Numbered from the stretch's first letter, positions 37,146 to 47,478 are shown. The stretch: DNA of 64,000 bases from an uncultured Pseudomonadota bacterium (GCA_902793005.1 CADBBQ010000004.1:9396-73395), one strand, 5' to 3'. Notes: generated from the sequence alone by a model not told the origin. Made by a program: numbers and translations.

Positions 37146-38609
37146 ATGTTGAAAAAAATCCTGGTTTTTGTGATGTTGGCAACCGTGGCGGTTGATTGTT
37201 TTGCAGGAAAAAAATCTGAAAAGACAGAGCCGGTTGTACATTTGACCGACGAAGAAATTTATACTGAATTGCAAAAGTTGGCGTTGGTGTTTGAAACCGC
37301 ACGTGATAATTTCGTCGAAGAGGCCGATGAAAAGAAAATGTTAGAGGCCGCAATGAACGGGATGTTGGCGGAATTGGATCCGCACTCGTCTTATTTGAAC
37401 GCTGATGATTTCAAAGATTTTAATGATAAAACCCAGGGGGAATTTGGTGGTTTGGGAATACAAATCACATCTGACCGTGGGGCGATTCGTGTTATTTCGC
37501 CAATTGATGATACGCCGGCGGCACGTGCGGGTATCAAGGCGGGTGATTATATTATGCGTATTGATGACGAACAAGTGTTCGATATGACTTTGAACCAGGC
37601 GGTTAAAAAAATGAAGGGGCGTCCCGGAACCAAGGTTAGATTGACCATTATGGATGAAGATCACGAAACTAAAACTTTGACATTGAAACGCGATATTATC
37701 AAAGTTAAATCGGTTAAATCTCGTGTTGTACAATTGGCGGATGGGGACGAGGGTTCACCAAAAATTGGTTATGTCAGAATTTCTGAATTTGGTGCGACAA
37801 CGGTCAAAGAATTGACGGATGCTATTAAAAAATTAGAAAAAAGCAAGGTCGCCGGCTATGTTTTGGATGTGCGTAATAATCCGGGTGGATATTTGACGGC
37901 GGCAATCGGCGTGTCGGATGCGTTTTTGGATGATGGTGAAATCGTTTCAACCCGTGGCAAGGAAAAAACAGATATTGACCGTAATTTCGCAAAACCGGGT
38001 GATTTAACAAATGGCAAGCCGATTGTGGTTTTGATAAATCACGGTTCGGCGTCGGCATCGGAAATTGTCGCCGGTGCATTGCAAGATAATGGACGTGCGT
38101 TGGTTATGGGCTCGCAATCTTTTGGCAAGGGCAGTGTGCAACAACAAAAACCATTGGGTGATGGGACGGCAATTCACATCACAATTGCGCGGTATTATAC
38201 CCCCAGCGGTCGTTCTATTCAAAACGAGGGTATCACCCCCGATGTCCAGGTTTTGCAATCACGTGTCAAAGTGTTGGAAAAACGCGATAGCGATTATTCC
38301 GAGGCGTCTTTTAAAAATTCGCTAAAAAACGAAGATGCGAAAAAAACGAAAAAGACCAAGACTGATGATTCTAAATCGCGCAAAGATGATGAAGACGAAG
38401 ATGATATTGATTTTAATAATTTGACCGAAGAAGAAAAAGATGCGCGCGATTATCAATTGCAACGCGGAATCAGTATGGTTATTGCAATGACAAAAATGCA
38501 AATGACGGTTGATGACCGGCGTGCGATTGTGACGGCGGAAAATGCTGAAAAAGAACAAAATAAAGCGCGGGAAAAATTACGTGCCGATGCCGAAACATCG
38601 GAAAAATAA
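37146..38609 (+). CDS. ctpA: Carboxy-terminal processing protease (S41, PDZ-containing)
   Basis: 487 aa. EFGGLGI..., PDZ segment (PAARAGIKAGD.I..ID), catalytic region (GSASASEIVAGALQD, SFGKGSVQ). Confidence 0.93.
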   Translation: MLKKILVFVMLATVAVDCFAGKKSEKTEPVVHLTDEEIYTELQKLALVFETARDNFVEEADEKKMLEAAMNGMLAELDPHSSYLNADDFKDFNDKTQGEFGGLGIQITSDRGAIRVISPIDDTPAARAGIKAGDYIMRIDDEQVFDMTLNQAVKKMKGRPGTKVRLTIMDEDHETKTLTLKRDIIKVKSVKSRVVQLADGDEGSPKIGYVRISEFGATTVKELTDAIKKLEKSKVAGYVLDVRNNPGGYLTAAIGVSDAFLDDGEIVSTRGKEKTDIDRNFAKPGDLTNGKPIVVLINHGSASASEIVAGALQDNGRALVMGSQSFGKGSVQQQKPLGDGTAIHITIARYYTPSGRSIQNEGITPDVQVLQSRVKVLEKRDSDYSEASFKNSLKNEDAKKTKKTKTDDSKSRKDDEDEDDIDFNNLTEEEKDARDYQLQRGISMVIAMTKMQMTVDDRRAIVTAENAEKEQNKAREKLRADAETSEK

Positions 38610-38613
38610 GAAT

Positions 38614-38639
38614 TGCCCGGGTTATTCCGGGTTTTTTTA
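38614..38639 (+). terminator. Rho-independent terminator after ctpA
   Basis: CCCGG-GTTATT-CCGGG followed by T7. Confidence 0.75.
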
Positions 38640-38720
38640 TAAGATAAGATTTAATATTTATATGGGGCTGAAAATCTGGCTTGAAATTGGTGTGTTTTTA
38701 ATTTAGAATATCGTGCGTCG

Positions 38721-38797
38721 GCGCCCATGGCTCAATTGGATAGAGCAACAGATTTCTAATCTGTGGGTTGCAGGTTCGAGTCCTGCTGGGCGCGCCA
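38721..38797 (+). tRNA. tRNA-Arg (anticodon TCT)
   Basis: Acceptor GCGCCCA/TGGGCGC, anticodon stem ACAGA/TCTGT with loop TTTCTAA, T-arm GCAGG-TTCGAGT-CCTGC, encoded CCA. Confidence 0.9.
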
Positions 38798-38804
38798 CGA
38801 ATTA

Positions 38805-38831
38805 AAAACCGGCATAAAATGCCGGTTTTTT
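38805..38831 (+). terminator. Hairpin terminator after tRNA-Arg
   Basis: ACCGGCA-TAAAA-TGCCGGT followed by a T-run. Confidence 0.7.
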
Positions 38832-38867
38832 ATTACGGTTTCCCCGCAGATACCAACGGTGTCGAGA

Positions 38868-38962
38868 GAGTCCTGCTGGGCGTACCACTTCGCCAAGGCT
38901 TCGTGGCACAGGCACCACTTCGCCAAGGCTTCGTGGTACAGGCGCCACAAATTAAAAACCGC
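38868..38962. repeat. Partial copy of the tRNA-Arg 3' end plus two 30-bp tandem units
   Basis: GAGTCCTGCTGGGCGTACCA (38868-38887) matches the tRNA 3' end (38778-38797) with 2 mismatches. CCACTTCGCCAAGGCTTCGTGGNACAGGCN occurs twice (38885-38914, 38915-38944). CCACAAATTAAAAACCG then echoes the post-tRNA sequence. Confidence 0.8.
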
Positions 38963-38983
38963 CATTTCGGCGGTGTTTTTGTA

Positions 38984-40156
38984 TCATATATCAACCGCAT
39001 TGGCAGAGCACCACGCCCATTGCAAATTATATCCACCTAAATCGCCCGCAATGTCAATGCATTCGCCAATAAAATATAATCCCGGACATAATTTAGATTC
39101 CATCGTTTTTGATGATATTTGGGATGTATCAACGCCACCGCGTGTGACCTCGGCCCCGGCAAATCCAAATAATGAAAAATCATCTGCGTTTAATTTGATG
39201 TTTTGGATGCGTGTGGCCAATTGGCGTAATTCACTGTCCCGTATGTCGGCGATGTTGCGCGTGTCTTTTGTTAAAAACTCTGATAATTTGTTTGGTAATT
39301 TTGTTGCCAATATTGTTTTTAGTTGTTTTCGGCCGTTTTTGTTTTTTTGCCAGCGTAACCAATCATATGCATCAATGTTCGGTATCAGGTTTATTGTAAA
39401 ACCGTTCGCACAATCGCGCACCGTTGCACGATATATCGCCGGTCCGCCCAGGCCGAAATGTGTGAATAACATATCGTCAAAGATTTTTTCACGCCCGATT
39501 GTGATATGGGCCGGGATTGATATGCCGGACAGCGTGGCATCAAAAATTTTTGTTTTTATTCCGCATAAACCTGGGCGAATTGGTATGATTTTATGCCCAA
39601 ATTGTTTCGCAATTTTGTACCCAATATCAGATATACCCAAGTCCGCGTATGATATGCCACCCGTTGCGACAATTAATTTTTGTGATGTGAATTTTTGATT
39701 GTCCTTGGTCGTAATAATGAAAGACTCATTTGTTTTTTCAACCGCGGTGACAGTTGTGTTTTGAAATATTTTTGCGTCATATGCGTCCGATAATAATGCG
39801 TTAATGATGTGTTTGGCATCGTCTGCGAAAAATTGTCCCGGTGTTTTTTCGTAAACTGTTATTTTGTGTGATTTGACCCAATTTACCATATCGGCGGGTG
39901 TAAAGCGGGCCAGGGCCGAACGCGTAAAATTTGGATTTTGGCCAAAATAATGTGATGCGTCGGCGTGCATATTTGTAAAATTGCATTTCCCGCCACCCGA
40001 TACAGCGACGCGTCGGGCGGGATTTTCGCCCATATCTAAAACGCATACGGATTTGTGTGCACGTGTGGCGTGTGCGGCCGTAAACAGTCCGGATGCACCA
40101 GCACCAATTATAATAAAATCGAATTTTGTGTTTGTCATATTTTCATATGTTGCCAT
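38984..40156 (-). CDS. FAD-dependent oxidoreductase, HI0933/YhiN (BaiN-like) family
   Basis: 390 aa. N-terminal dinucleotide fold FDFIIIGAGASGLF and SGGGKCNFTN motif typical of this family. Confidence 0.8.
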   Translation of the reverse strand: MATYENMTNTKFDFIIIGAGASGLFTAAHATRAHKSVCVLDMGENPARRVAVSGGGKCNFTNMHADASHYFGQNPNFTRSALARFTPADMVNWVKSHKITVYEKTPGQFFADDAKHIINALLSDAYDAKIFQNTTVTAVEKTNESFIITTKDNQKFTSQKLIVATGGISYADLGISDIGYKIAKQFGHKIIPIRPGLCGIKTKIFDATLSGISIPAHITIGREKIFDDMLFTHFGLGGPAIYRATVRDCANGFTINLIPNIDAYDWLRWQKNKNGRKQLKTILATKLPNKLSEFLTKDTRNIADIRDSELRQLATRIQNIKLNADDFSLFGFAGAEVTRGGVDTSQISSKTMESKLCPGLYFIGECIDIAGDLGGYNLQWAWCSANAVDI

Positions 40157-40233
40157 AATTTGGCCTAAAAATAAAGATTTTTTAATTTTTTTGACTTGCG
40201 CACCTGAAAAAAAGGTGCAATAATCCGTTTCGT

Positions 40234-40310
40234 GGGTTATTAGCTCAGTTGGTTAGAGCGGAGCGCTCATAACGCTTTGGTCGTGGGTTCGAGTCCTACA
40301 TAACCCACCA
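40234..40310 (+). tRNA. tRNA with CAT anticodon (elongator Met or lysidine-dependent Ile2; not resolvable by eye)
   Basis: Acceptor GGGTTAT/ATAACCC, anticodon loop CTCATAA, T-arm GTGGG-TTCGAGT-CCTAC, encoded CCA. Lacks the three G-C pairs of an initiator anticodon stem. Confidence 0.85.
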
Positions 40311-40448
40311 TCCGTCTCGCCACAGGCGAGCCGCGACTAAATCTGGAACGCGTTGCGCGTTACCGATTTGCAAAGAGACTTGATGCGTTGGTCGCGGACC
40401 GACGTTTTTTTATTTCTATTTTTGTGATATTTGTATAAACTGGGTCTT

Positions 40449-41717
40449 ATGACAGAATTGGTTCAGATTTTAAGTGATGTGCAAAAACAGGCGTTTGATA
40501 CAATTGAACGCACGCATCAAAATGTCCTGATTATGGGACAGGCCGGGACCGGAAAATCAACATTTATTAATTATCTGAAAAGTGCGTCAAAAAAACGTAT
40601 TGTGTGTGCCTGTCCGACGGCGGTGTCGGCACTGAACATCGGGGGACAAACAATTCACAGTTTGTTTCAAATTCAACCACGTGATTTTATTATGCCGGAA
40701 TTTTTGAAGTTAAAGGCAAAAACACGCAATATTTTGACAGCAACCGATGTCTTGATTATTGACGAGGTTTCTATGGTCGCCCCCGATTTGTTGGATGCGA
40801 TGGATTTGTTGGCGCGTCAGGCACGGCGGAATAACGACCCGTTTGGTGGAATTCAAATTGTCGCCATCGGCGATTTGTTTCAATTGCCGCCGGTTATTAC
40901 AAGTGATGCCACAGATTATTATCGGCAAGAATACGGATTCGAAAATTCTTATTTTTTCGACAGTCACGTTTATGCGCGTAGTGCATTTGTGCGGTTTTCG
41001 TTTGACAGGGTTTATCGGCAAAATGATGGGGCGTTGTTGGATAACCTGGTGCGGTTGCGCGGTGGTGATGTGTCGGCGTTGGATTTTTTTAATGGTTGCA
41101 AAATTACGGATGCGGCGCGTCGCGCAAATGCGGTTTTAATTACGCCGTATCGACAACAGGCCGAATATATAAATGCGGCCCGTTTGCGTGCGATAAATGC
41201 ACCGGAAATTTCTTTTGTTGGGGTACTGGAAGGGAATTTTTCTGAAAAAGATGTGCCTGCACCGATGAAATTAAATTTGAAAGTTGGGGCCTTGGTCGTG
41301 TTTGTGAAAAACAGTGATAAATGGCACAATGGTTCAATGGGACGGATTATCGATATGGGCGTGCACGGATTAAAGGTAGAATTGTTAAATGCGGCGCGGA
41401 CAATTGTAAATGTCAAACCGGAAAAGTGGGAAAAAATCGAATATATTCGTGATGAAAATGACAGATTACAAGAACACGAAATTGGGTCGTATAAACAATT
41501 CCCATTGAATCTGGGATATGCGATGACAATTCACAAGGCCCAGGGTAAAACACTGGATGCGGTGGTTGTGGATATTTCGCGTGGCGCATTTGCACACGGG
41601 CAAACATATGTCGCGTTGTCCCGTACGCGCAGTGCCGACGATATGCATATTGCAACGCCGTTGCGCCCGCGTGATGTGATTTTTGATAAACGCGTGTTGG
41701 AATTTATGAATTCTTGA
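40449..41717 (+). CDS. Pif1/RecD-like SF1 helicase
   Basis: Walker A GQAGTGKST, Walker B LIIDEVSM, GD..QLPPV and a C-terminal ...TIHKAQGKTLD motif. Confidence 0.85.
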   Translation: MTELVQILSDVQKQAFDTIERTHQNVLIMGQAGTGKSTFINYLKSASKKRIVCACPTAVSALNIGGQTIHSLFQIQPRDFIMPEFLKLKAKTRNILTATDVLIIDEVSMVAPDLLDAMDLLARQARRNNDPFGGIQIVAIGDLFQLPPVITSDATDYYRQEYGFENSYFFDSHVYARSAFVRFSFDRVYRQNDGALLDNLVRLRGGDVSALDFFNGCKITDAARRANAVLITPYRQQAEYINAARLRAINAPEISFVGVLEGNFSEKDVPAPMKLNLKVGALVVFVKNSDKWHNGSMGRIIDMGVHGLKVELLNAARTIVNVKPEKWEKIEYIRDENDRLQEHEIGSYKQFPLNLGYAMTIHKAQGKTLDAVVVDISRGAFAHGQTYVALSRTRSADDMHIATPLRPRDVIFDKRVLEFMNS

Positions 41718-42525
41718 TATGCGTGGATATATTGCGTAATTTTTCTGATAATTTGGATTTGATTGTATTAAATGCTTTTAATTTTTGTATATGATGCATA
41801 TTTATTTCGCCATCGGTAATTTTATTGTATGTTTCAGATACTTGTTTCGTTGATGCGTTGGGCCAAGTTGTGATTATTTTTAACAACATTGTGTATTCAT
41901 CACATAATGCAATGCCATCTAAATCCAATAATGCACGAAATTTTCCGTTTTCATCCAGTAATATGTTTGATGGATTCAAGTCCGCGTGGTGCATTTTGAC
42001 ATCGCCATATGTTGTGGTGCGTTTGTTGATTGTGTAATGAATGTTTGCCAGAAGTTTCCCAAAATCTTGAGTGTTGTGTTTTTTGCGGCGGTTGTGCAAA
42101 ACCAATTCGTCCAAGATTGTTTTTTTATCAATATGTATTTCGGAAATTTTTTTATCAGCCATTAAAACCGCGGGCAATATATTGTTATAAATTTGTGTTT
42201 CGGAAATTGATTGCGCTTTAATCGCGTGCGCCAATGTTTGTCCCGGAATTATTTCATAACGTTCAAAATGTACGCCACCAATACCGATGAATATTTTAGA
42301 ATCAGGCACCAAAACGCCGTTGGTTAATACTGATTGTGCCAATATTAAATTGCGTGATGCGGTTTTTATATCTGATATTTTGTAAATAAATTGACGGCCA
42401 AATTGTTCAACGATAAATAATGCGCTGGGGCGGATATTGTTATCAATTATTTTTTTGACCGGTACAATTGATTCTGGTTTGGGGCTTTGTGTTTCGATGA
42501 TGTGTATATAGTCAGTTTGATTCAT
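41704..42525 (-). CDS. Aminoglycoside/choline-kinase-like phosphotransferase (APH fold)
   Basis: 273 aa. Catalytic-loop motif HHADLNPSNILL followed by LLDLDG (DxD metal site). Confidence 0.65.
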   Translation of the reverse strand: MNQTDYIHIIETQSPKPESIVPVKKIIDNNIRPSALFIVEQFGRQFIYKISDIKTASRNLILAQSVLTNGVLVPDSKIFIGIGGVHFERYEIIPGQTLAHAIKAQSISETQIYNNILPAVLMADKKISEIHIDKKTILDELVLHNRRKKHNTQDFGKLLANIHYTINKRTTTYGDVKMHHADLNPSNILLDENGKFRALLDLDGIALCDEYTMLLKIITTWPNASTKQVSETYNKITDGEINMHHIQKLKAFNTIKSKLSEKLRNISTHIKNS

Positions 42526-42536
42526 TTTTGTATTCT

Positions 42537-43611
42537 TTATTTATATTGTTCCAGGTATGCCAACATAAAATCGTCCAAATCGCCATCCAACACGGCCGCA
42601 GAATCCGTTTTTTCAACATCGGTGCGAACATCTTTGACTAATTGATACGGATACAGAATATAATTTCTAATTTGGCTGCCCCACTCAATTTTTTTCTGGG
42701 CGGATTTGGCGGCGGCGTCGGCTTCTTCGCGTTTTTTTAATTCTAATTCGTACAGCCGTGAACGTAAAATTTTCATTGCCATATCTTTGTTTTGAAATTG
42801 ACTGCGTTCGTTTTGACACGTGACGACCGTGTTCGTTGGTATGTGTGTGATGCGGACGGCACTGTCGGTTTTGTTAACGTGTTGACCACCGGCACCGGAC
42901 GACCGATATGTGTCGATGCGTAAATCTTTTTCGTTTATTTCAATTTCGATATTGTCGTCAACGTCCGGCCATACGTCAACGGACGCAAAACTGGTTTGAC
43001 GTTTGCCGTTCGCGTTAAATGGCGATATGCGAACCAGGCGATGAACGCCAACCTCGGGTCGCAGCCATCCGTATGCGCGGATGCCGTCGATTTTCATTGT
43101 GATACTTTTTATTCCGGCAACGTCGCCGGGGTGTTCGTCAACAACTTCACAAGAAAAACCGTGCCGTTCCGCCCAACGGGTGTACATACGGGTTAACATT
43201 TGTGCCCAATCCATAGCCTCGGTCCCGCCGGCACCGGCCTGGATAAAAATAAATGCGTTATTATTGTCGTTTGGACCGTTAAATAATGTTATGAATTTTG
43301 CGCGTTTGGTGCGTTGTGACAAAGATTCAATGGCGGATAAAACATCCGGGTCTTCGGGTGCGATTTGATATAAATCATTCAGGTTTTTATAATCAGATTC
43401 CAACGTCGTAAAATCGGATAATGTTTTTTCTAAATTCGATTTTTTTTGCAATAATGCGCGTGCAGCGTCCGCGTCCGTCCATAAATTTTCATCCGCCACG
43501 CGTTCGTTTAATTCCATCAATTCAGATTTTATTTTGTCCGGGTCAAAGAAACCCCCTTAACGACGAGATGTCGTTTTCTATATCGGACAAGATTTCATTT
43601 TGTGTAATCAT
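42537..43611 (-). CDS. prfB: Peptide chain release factor 2, requires programmed +1 frameshift
   Basis: ORF0 is MITQNEILSDIENDISSLRGFL then TGA. The +1 frame continues DPDKIKSELMELNERV... through the SPF-type and GGQ (SGAGGQHVNKT) motifs. Confidence 0.93.
43542..43557 (-). promoter_or_regulatory. RF2 autoregulatory +1 frameshift site
   Basis: The reverse strand reads AGGGGG TTT CTT TGA C: an SD-like element, 3-nt spacer and the CTT-TGA-C slippery stop context. Confidence 0.9.
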
Positions 43612-43709
43612 ATTTTATATAGTAATGATTTTGTTGTCTAAATCAATAAATAATTGCATTGGGCATATAAATATGATAAAATTTAGTATAAGCGAGAGAG
43701 GCATTATAT

Positions 43710-44963
43710 ATGAAAAACATTGTTGCATTTTGTGGTATAATTGCGGCTGTATTCGGTACGGGCGGTGCGTTTGCGGTGTCTGCGGGTGTTGTGTCGGGTG
43801 GAAATACAAATCGTGGAACGGCCTTGGTTTCGAATTCGGCTGGTAATAATTTGCGCGGGATGGGCGGCATTGCAAATGCGTATAAACAAAATCAATTGGC
43901 AAATTATTATATGGCGACTCAATTGGATGTTGGTACCGCGTGCAGTGAACGTATTATGAAATGCCTGAACGAATATTGTGATGGGACGACGGTTTCGGGT
44001 GGAATTGTGCAAAATAAATGCGCGTATGTGACACAAAATGATTTGTATAATTATGCTTTGTTATGTTTACAGAAAGATAATTCACAATTATTACCACAGT
44101 ATAATGTGAATACGAAATACAGTACGGGTGCAATGAATACCGCGGCGCGTTTGTGCCCCCCATATGTCCAAGAAAATTTGATGTCTTATTTGTCTATGGC
44201 AAATATGGCGGATAAATTGTCTCGGGCCAGTTCGGATTTGTGTATTCAACGGCGCCAAGAATTAAGTGCGGCAATGTCTTGTCATTCGGTGGCGTTGGCG
44301 TATGGTAATGACACAACCAGTAAATTAACCGCACAATTGACGGATTATTGTGGTTCGGGTGTGCCGGGCGGTTCGGCCGAAATGGTGTCGCGTTTTGTAA
44401 ATGCCGGCAATGTCGGTGCAAATGTATGGGGTTGGGCCGAAAAAATCGTTGGATTGGATATTAATTCCAAGGGGGCTGATTGGCAATCGGCGGTTGATAA
44501 TGTGTTGGCTGGATATACCAATCGTATGAATTTGGCCTGTGGTGATAATTTGCAAATGAATCCAAGTGCGGCCACGGTTTCAACAACGGGAACGGCCGGG
44601 TTATTAACGGTCGCGGCGTTGGTTACGGACAGTAAAAAATTACCCGATGCGGCAACGGTCGCAAAAAATGCCGTGACTCCGGGGGCGTATTCGAATTTCT
44701 GGATGGATGTTGTTTCAAATAGTAATATTTTAGACCAAGCAACGGCAACCCAGGTTGTAAATGCGGGTTTGGCTAATTCTCCGTTGACGGCAAATGCCTT
44801 TTTAACAAGTTCCCAAATGACACAAATGCAAGAGGCTTATAAAAAAGGAACCAAAGTGTTTATAATTCGTGATGCAACGCGTTGCTATATCGTGCCGGTG
44901 CAGACTTTGACGGATGCCGAGGCAACATTGGTCGCATCGCAATTTTCAAATTGTCGTAAATAA
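43710..44963 (+). CDS. Secreted Cys-containing protein, hypothetical
   Basis: 417 aa. Signal peptide. C.....KCLNEYC motif resembling FFDCMDEFC in 19387..22308. Confidence 0.6.
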   Translation: MKNIVAFCGIIAAVFGTGGAFAVSAGVVSGGNTNRGTALVSNSAGNNLRGMGGIANAYKQNQLANYYMATQLDVGTACSERIMKCLNEYCDGTTVSGGIVQNKCAYVTQNDLYNYALLCLQKDNSQLLPQYNVNTKYSTGAMNTAARLCPPYVQENLMSYLSMANMADKLSRASSDLCIQRRQELSAAMSCHSVALAYGNDTTSKLTAQLTDYCGSGVPGGSAEMVSRFVNAGNVGANVWGWAEKIVGLDINSKGADWQSAVDNVLAGYTNRMNLACGDNLQMNPSAATVSTTGTAGLLTVAALVTDSKKLPDAATVAKNAVTPGAYSNFWMDVVSNSNILDQATATQVVNAGLANSPLTANAFLTSSQMTQMQEAYKKGTKVFIIRDATRCYIVPVQTLTDAEATLVASQFSNCRK

Positions 44964-45061
44964 TAATTGGTTTATGTTGTTTGCCGCGCGTAAAATGCGC
45001 GGTATTTTTTTGTTATGTAAACTTGTTTTTATTCTTGTTTTTTGATATAATGTGCGTTGAG

Positions 45062-46210
45062 ATGAAGGTTTCAAGGCGTACACTTTTGAAGATGTCAAGT
45101 GTAGGAATTGCGACATTTGCTATGATGCCGCGTGTGGCGTTTGCGGCCAAAAATTCGGTGTTGTCTGTGCGAACGGGTGTGCAACCAGGGGGCAAAACGC
45201 GTCTGGTTATTGAAACGTCCACGCGTCCATCGTATGACATTTCGTATCCACAAAATCAATTGGTTATATCGTTGTCTAATACCGGGACGGGTGGGTTTAG
45301 TCCAAAGTTGGCGGATGGAACATTGATAAAAAATATATCCAGTGTTCAAAATGGCGATAAATTAAATGTTGTCGCGGATTTACGTAAATCAATTGCGCCG
45401 ATTGATAAATCAAGTGTTATGGTGTTAAGTCCGAACGGTGATAATGAATATCGTTTGGTGTTTGATTTTGCCGCGGGAACTGGTGCGTCATCGGGGGCTG
45501 TGTCAAATACGGCCGAGAACACAACGGCAAATAAAAAATATATTATCGTGATTGATGCGGGACACGGTGGCAAAGACCCGGGATGCATAGGCAAGGGCGG
45601 AACAAAAGAAAAAACGGTCGTGTTGTCGGTTGCAAAAAAATTAAAACGTGAATTGGATTCTGCGGGGTTTAAAACATATCTGACACGCAGTGATGATACA
45701 TTTTTGAAATTGGCGGAACGTGCAGAAATCGCGGAAAAGCGACACGCAGATTTGTTCTTGTCATTGCACGCAAATGCAAACCCCAGTCGCCAAACCCGCG
45801 GGTATTCGGTTTATACTTTGTCCGAAAAAGCATCTGACGAAGAGGCGCAAAAGTTGGCGGAAACTGAAAATGCGGTGGATAAAATCGGGGTGTCTGGGTT
45901 TGAAAAGTTTTCCAAGGAAATACGTGTGGCTTTGTCGGCATTGCAACAACGGGCGGTGGCTGAATTGTCCGAAGAATATGCGTCAACGTGCGCCCGTGCG
46001 ATGGATAATGCGTCAATTGCAAAATTGCCGGGGCCCAGTATTCGACACGCACCATTTGCGGTGTTGCGTTCGACGGTGCCGGGGGCATTGATTGAATTGG
46101 GACATTTGTCAAATGCGACAGAGGAAAAATTGCTGAAATCGGATTCGCATCAGAATAAATTGGTGCGCGCGATTGTGAAATCTGTGAAAAATTATAATTT
46201 TGATGTTTAA
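45062..46210 (+). CDS. N-acetylmuramoyl-L-alanine amidase (AmiC-like, Tat signal, AMIN domain)
   Basis: Start at MKVSRRTLLKMSSVGIATFAMMPRVAFA (twin-Arg). Amidase_3 motifs IVIDAGHGGKDPG and LSLHANA. Confidence 0.9.
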   Translation: MKVSRRTLLKMSSVGIATFAMMPRVAFAAKNSVLSVRTGVQPGGKTRLVIETSTRPSYDISYPQNQLVISLSNTGTGGFSPKLADGTLIKNISSVQNGDKLNVVADLRKSIAPIDKSSVMVLSPNGDNEYRLVFDFAAGTGASSGAVSNTAENTTANKKYIIVIDAGHGGKDPGCIGKGGTKEKTVVLSVAKKLKRELDSAGFKTYLTRSDDTFLKLAERAEIAEKRHADLFLSLHANANPSRQTRGYSVYTLSEKASDEEAQKLAETENAVDKIGVSGFEKFSKEIRVALSALQQRAVAELSEEYASTCARAMDNASIAKLPGPSIRHAPFAVLRSTVPGALIELGHLSNATEEKLLKSDSHQNKLVRAIVKSVKNYNFDV

Positions 46211-46259
46211 TTGTTGAAAAATAAAAAGAAACGAATATAATCAGGTTCGTCGGTTTCTA

Positions 46260-46350
46260 GGAGATATGGCAGAGCTGGTTGAATGCGCACGACTCGAAAT
46301 CGTGTATACGGGCGACCGTATCGAGGGTTCGAATCCCCCTATCTCCGCCA
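46260..46350 (+). tRNA. tRNA-Ser (anticodon CGA)
   Basis: Type II tRNA: acceptor GGAGATA/TATCTCC, anticodon stem CACGA/TCGTG with loop CTCGAAA, long variable arm, TTCGAAT T-loop, encoded CCA. Confidence 0.88.
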
Positions 46351-46683
46351 GGAAATTAAAATCTTAAAACGCACCCAAAAGGTGCGTTTTTGATTTTAAC
46401 CTGGCTACGACGGGGGAATGCGCCAGAGCGCCTGGCGCATAAAATGCGCCGCACGAAAATAAAATTTTCGTGTAAGGGTGGCGCGCATGGCGAATACGAA
46501 GGCGAACAATTACAAAACCTGCAAAAACGGATATGTTTGATAGAGTTTTTTGCGTTTAGGTTTTGTTATTGTTTGTCGAGGAGGTTGGCAAGTTAAAATT
46601 CACCCGCCGTTTTTGGCGGGTTAATTTTTTGGCTTTTCAAAATTTGTATGGTTTGATATTATGTTGTGTGAAAGGAACAAATT

Positions 46684-47289
46684 ATGGAAAAACTAGATAT
46701 CTATGACGAATATATGAATAAAATAGGGACAGAATTGCGTCAAACTGTGCACGAGCGTGGTTTGTGGCACAAGACGGTTCATTGTTGGATATACGATGAG
46801 GACGGAAATGTATATTTTCAAATTCGTGCAGATTCTGGAAAACTGTATACGACCGCATCAGGGCATGTGTTGGCGGGTGAGACGGTACGTGACGCGTTCC
46901 AACGTGAAATTTATGAAGAAATTGGATTGAATATAGATGGGGCTGATGCGATTCCTTTGGAAATTGTATTCTGGCGACAAGATAAACCACAAAAAAATTG
47001 GTATGATCGCGCCTTTGCGCATGTATATAAGAATAAATTGCCTGTTGGTTTTTTCAATTTTAGTTTTCAAGAATCCGAAGTAACTGGTTTGGTTCGTATA
47101 AACGCAAAAGATTGTTTGGATTTATTAACAGATAAAAAAGCCTCTGTTGGGGCGACAAAAATTACAATTGATAAAACGATTGATGTGAATATTGCAAAAA
47201 ACGATTTTTTGGTCGCGCCCGATGAGACGCCAATAATTAAATATGGTTTTGTTTTACAAAGTATTATTCAACAAAATTCAAATGTTTAG
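46684..47289 (+). CDS. NUDIX hydrolase
   Basis: Nudix box GHVLAGETVRDAFQREIYEEIGL (GX5EX7REUXEEXGU). Confidence 0.85.
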   Translation: MEKLDIYDEYMNKIGTELRQTVHERGLWHKTVHCWIYDEDGNVYFQIRADSGKLYTTASGHVLAGETVRDAFQREIYEEIGLNIDGADAIPLEIVFWRQDKPQKNWYDRAFAHVYKNKLPVGFFNFSFQESEVTGLVRINAKDCLDLLTDKKASVGATKITIDKTIDVNIAKNDFLVAPDETPIIKYGFVLQSIIQQNSNV

Positions 47290-47478
47290 TTATTAGAGAT
47301 TCGCAACGAGATTCCTTGTTGTCTGGAAGTTTACCCGCCGTTTTTGGCAGTTGTGATTGATTTTTTGGGTGTTTTGTGATATAATACTTGTATATCTTGG
47401 TGGGCGACTTTTGGTCGCCTGTTTTTTTATTTCCGCCGCGTTTTCGGCGGATTTTTTATTTTAATAAAAGGAGATTTT

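Noticed and set aside
40234-40310. Assigning the CAT-anticodon tRNA specifically as tRNA-Ile2 because of the damaged tilS.
   Set aside because: Elongator tRNA-Met and tRNA-Ile2(CAU) cannot be distinguished reliably by eye, so the identity is left open.
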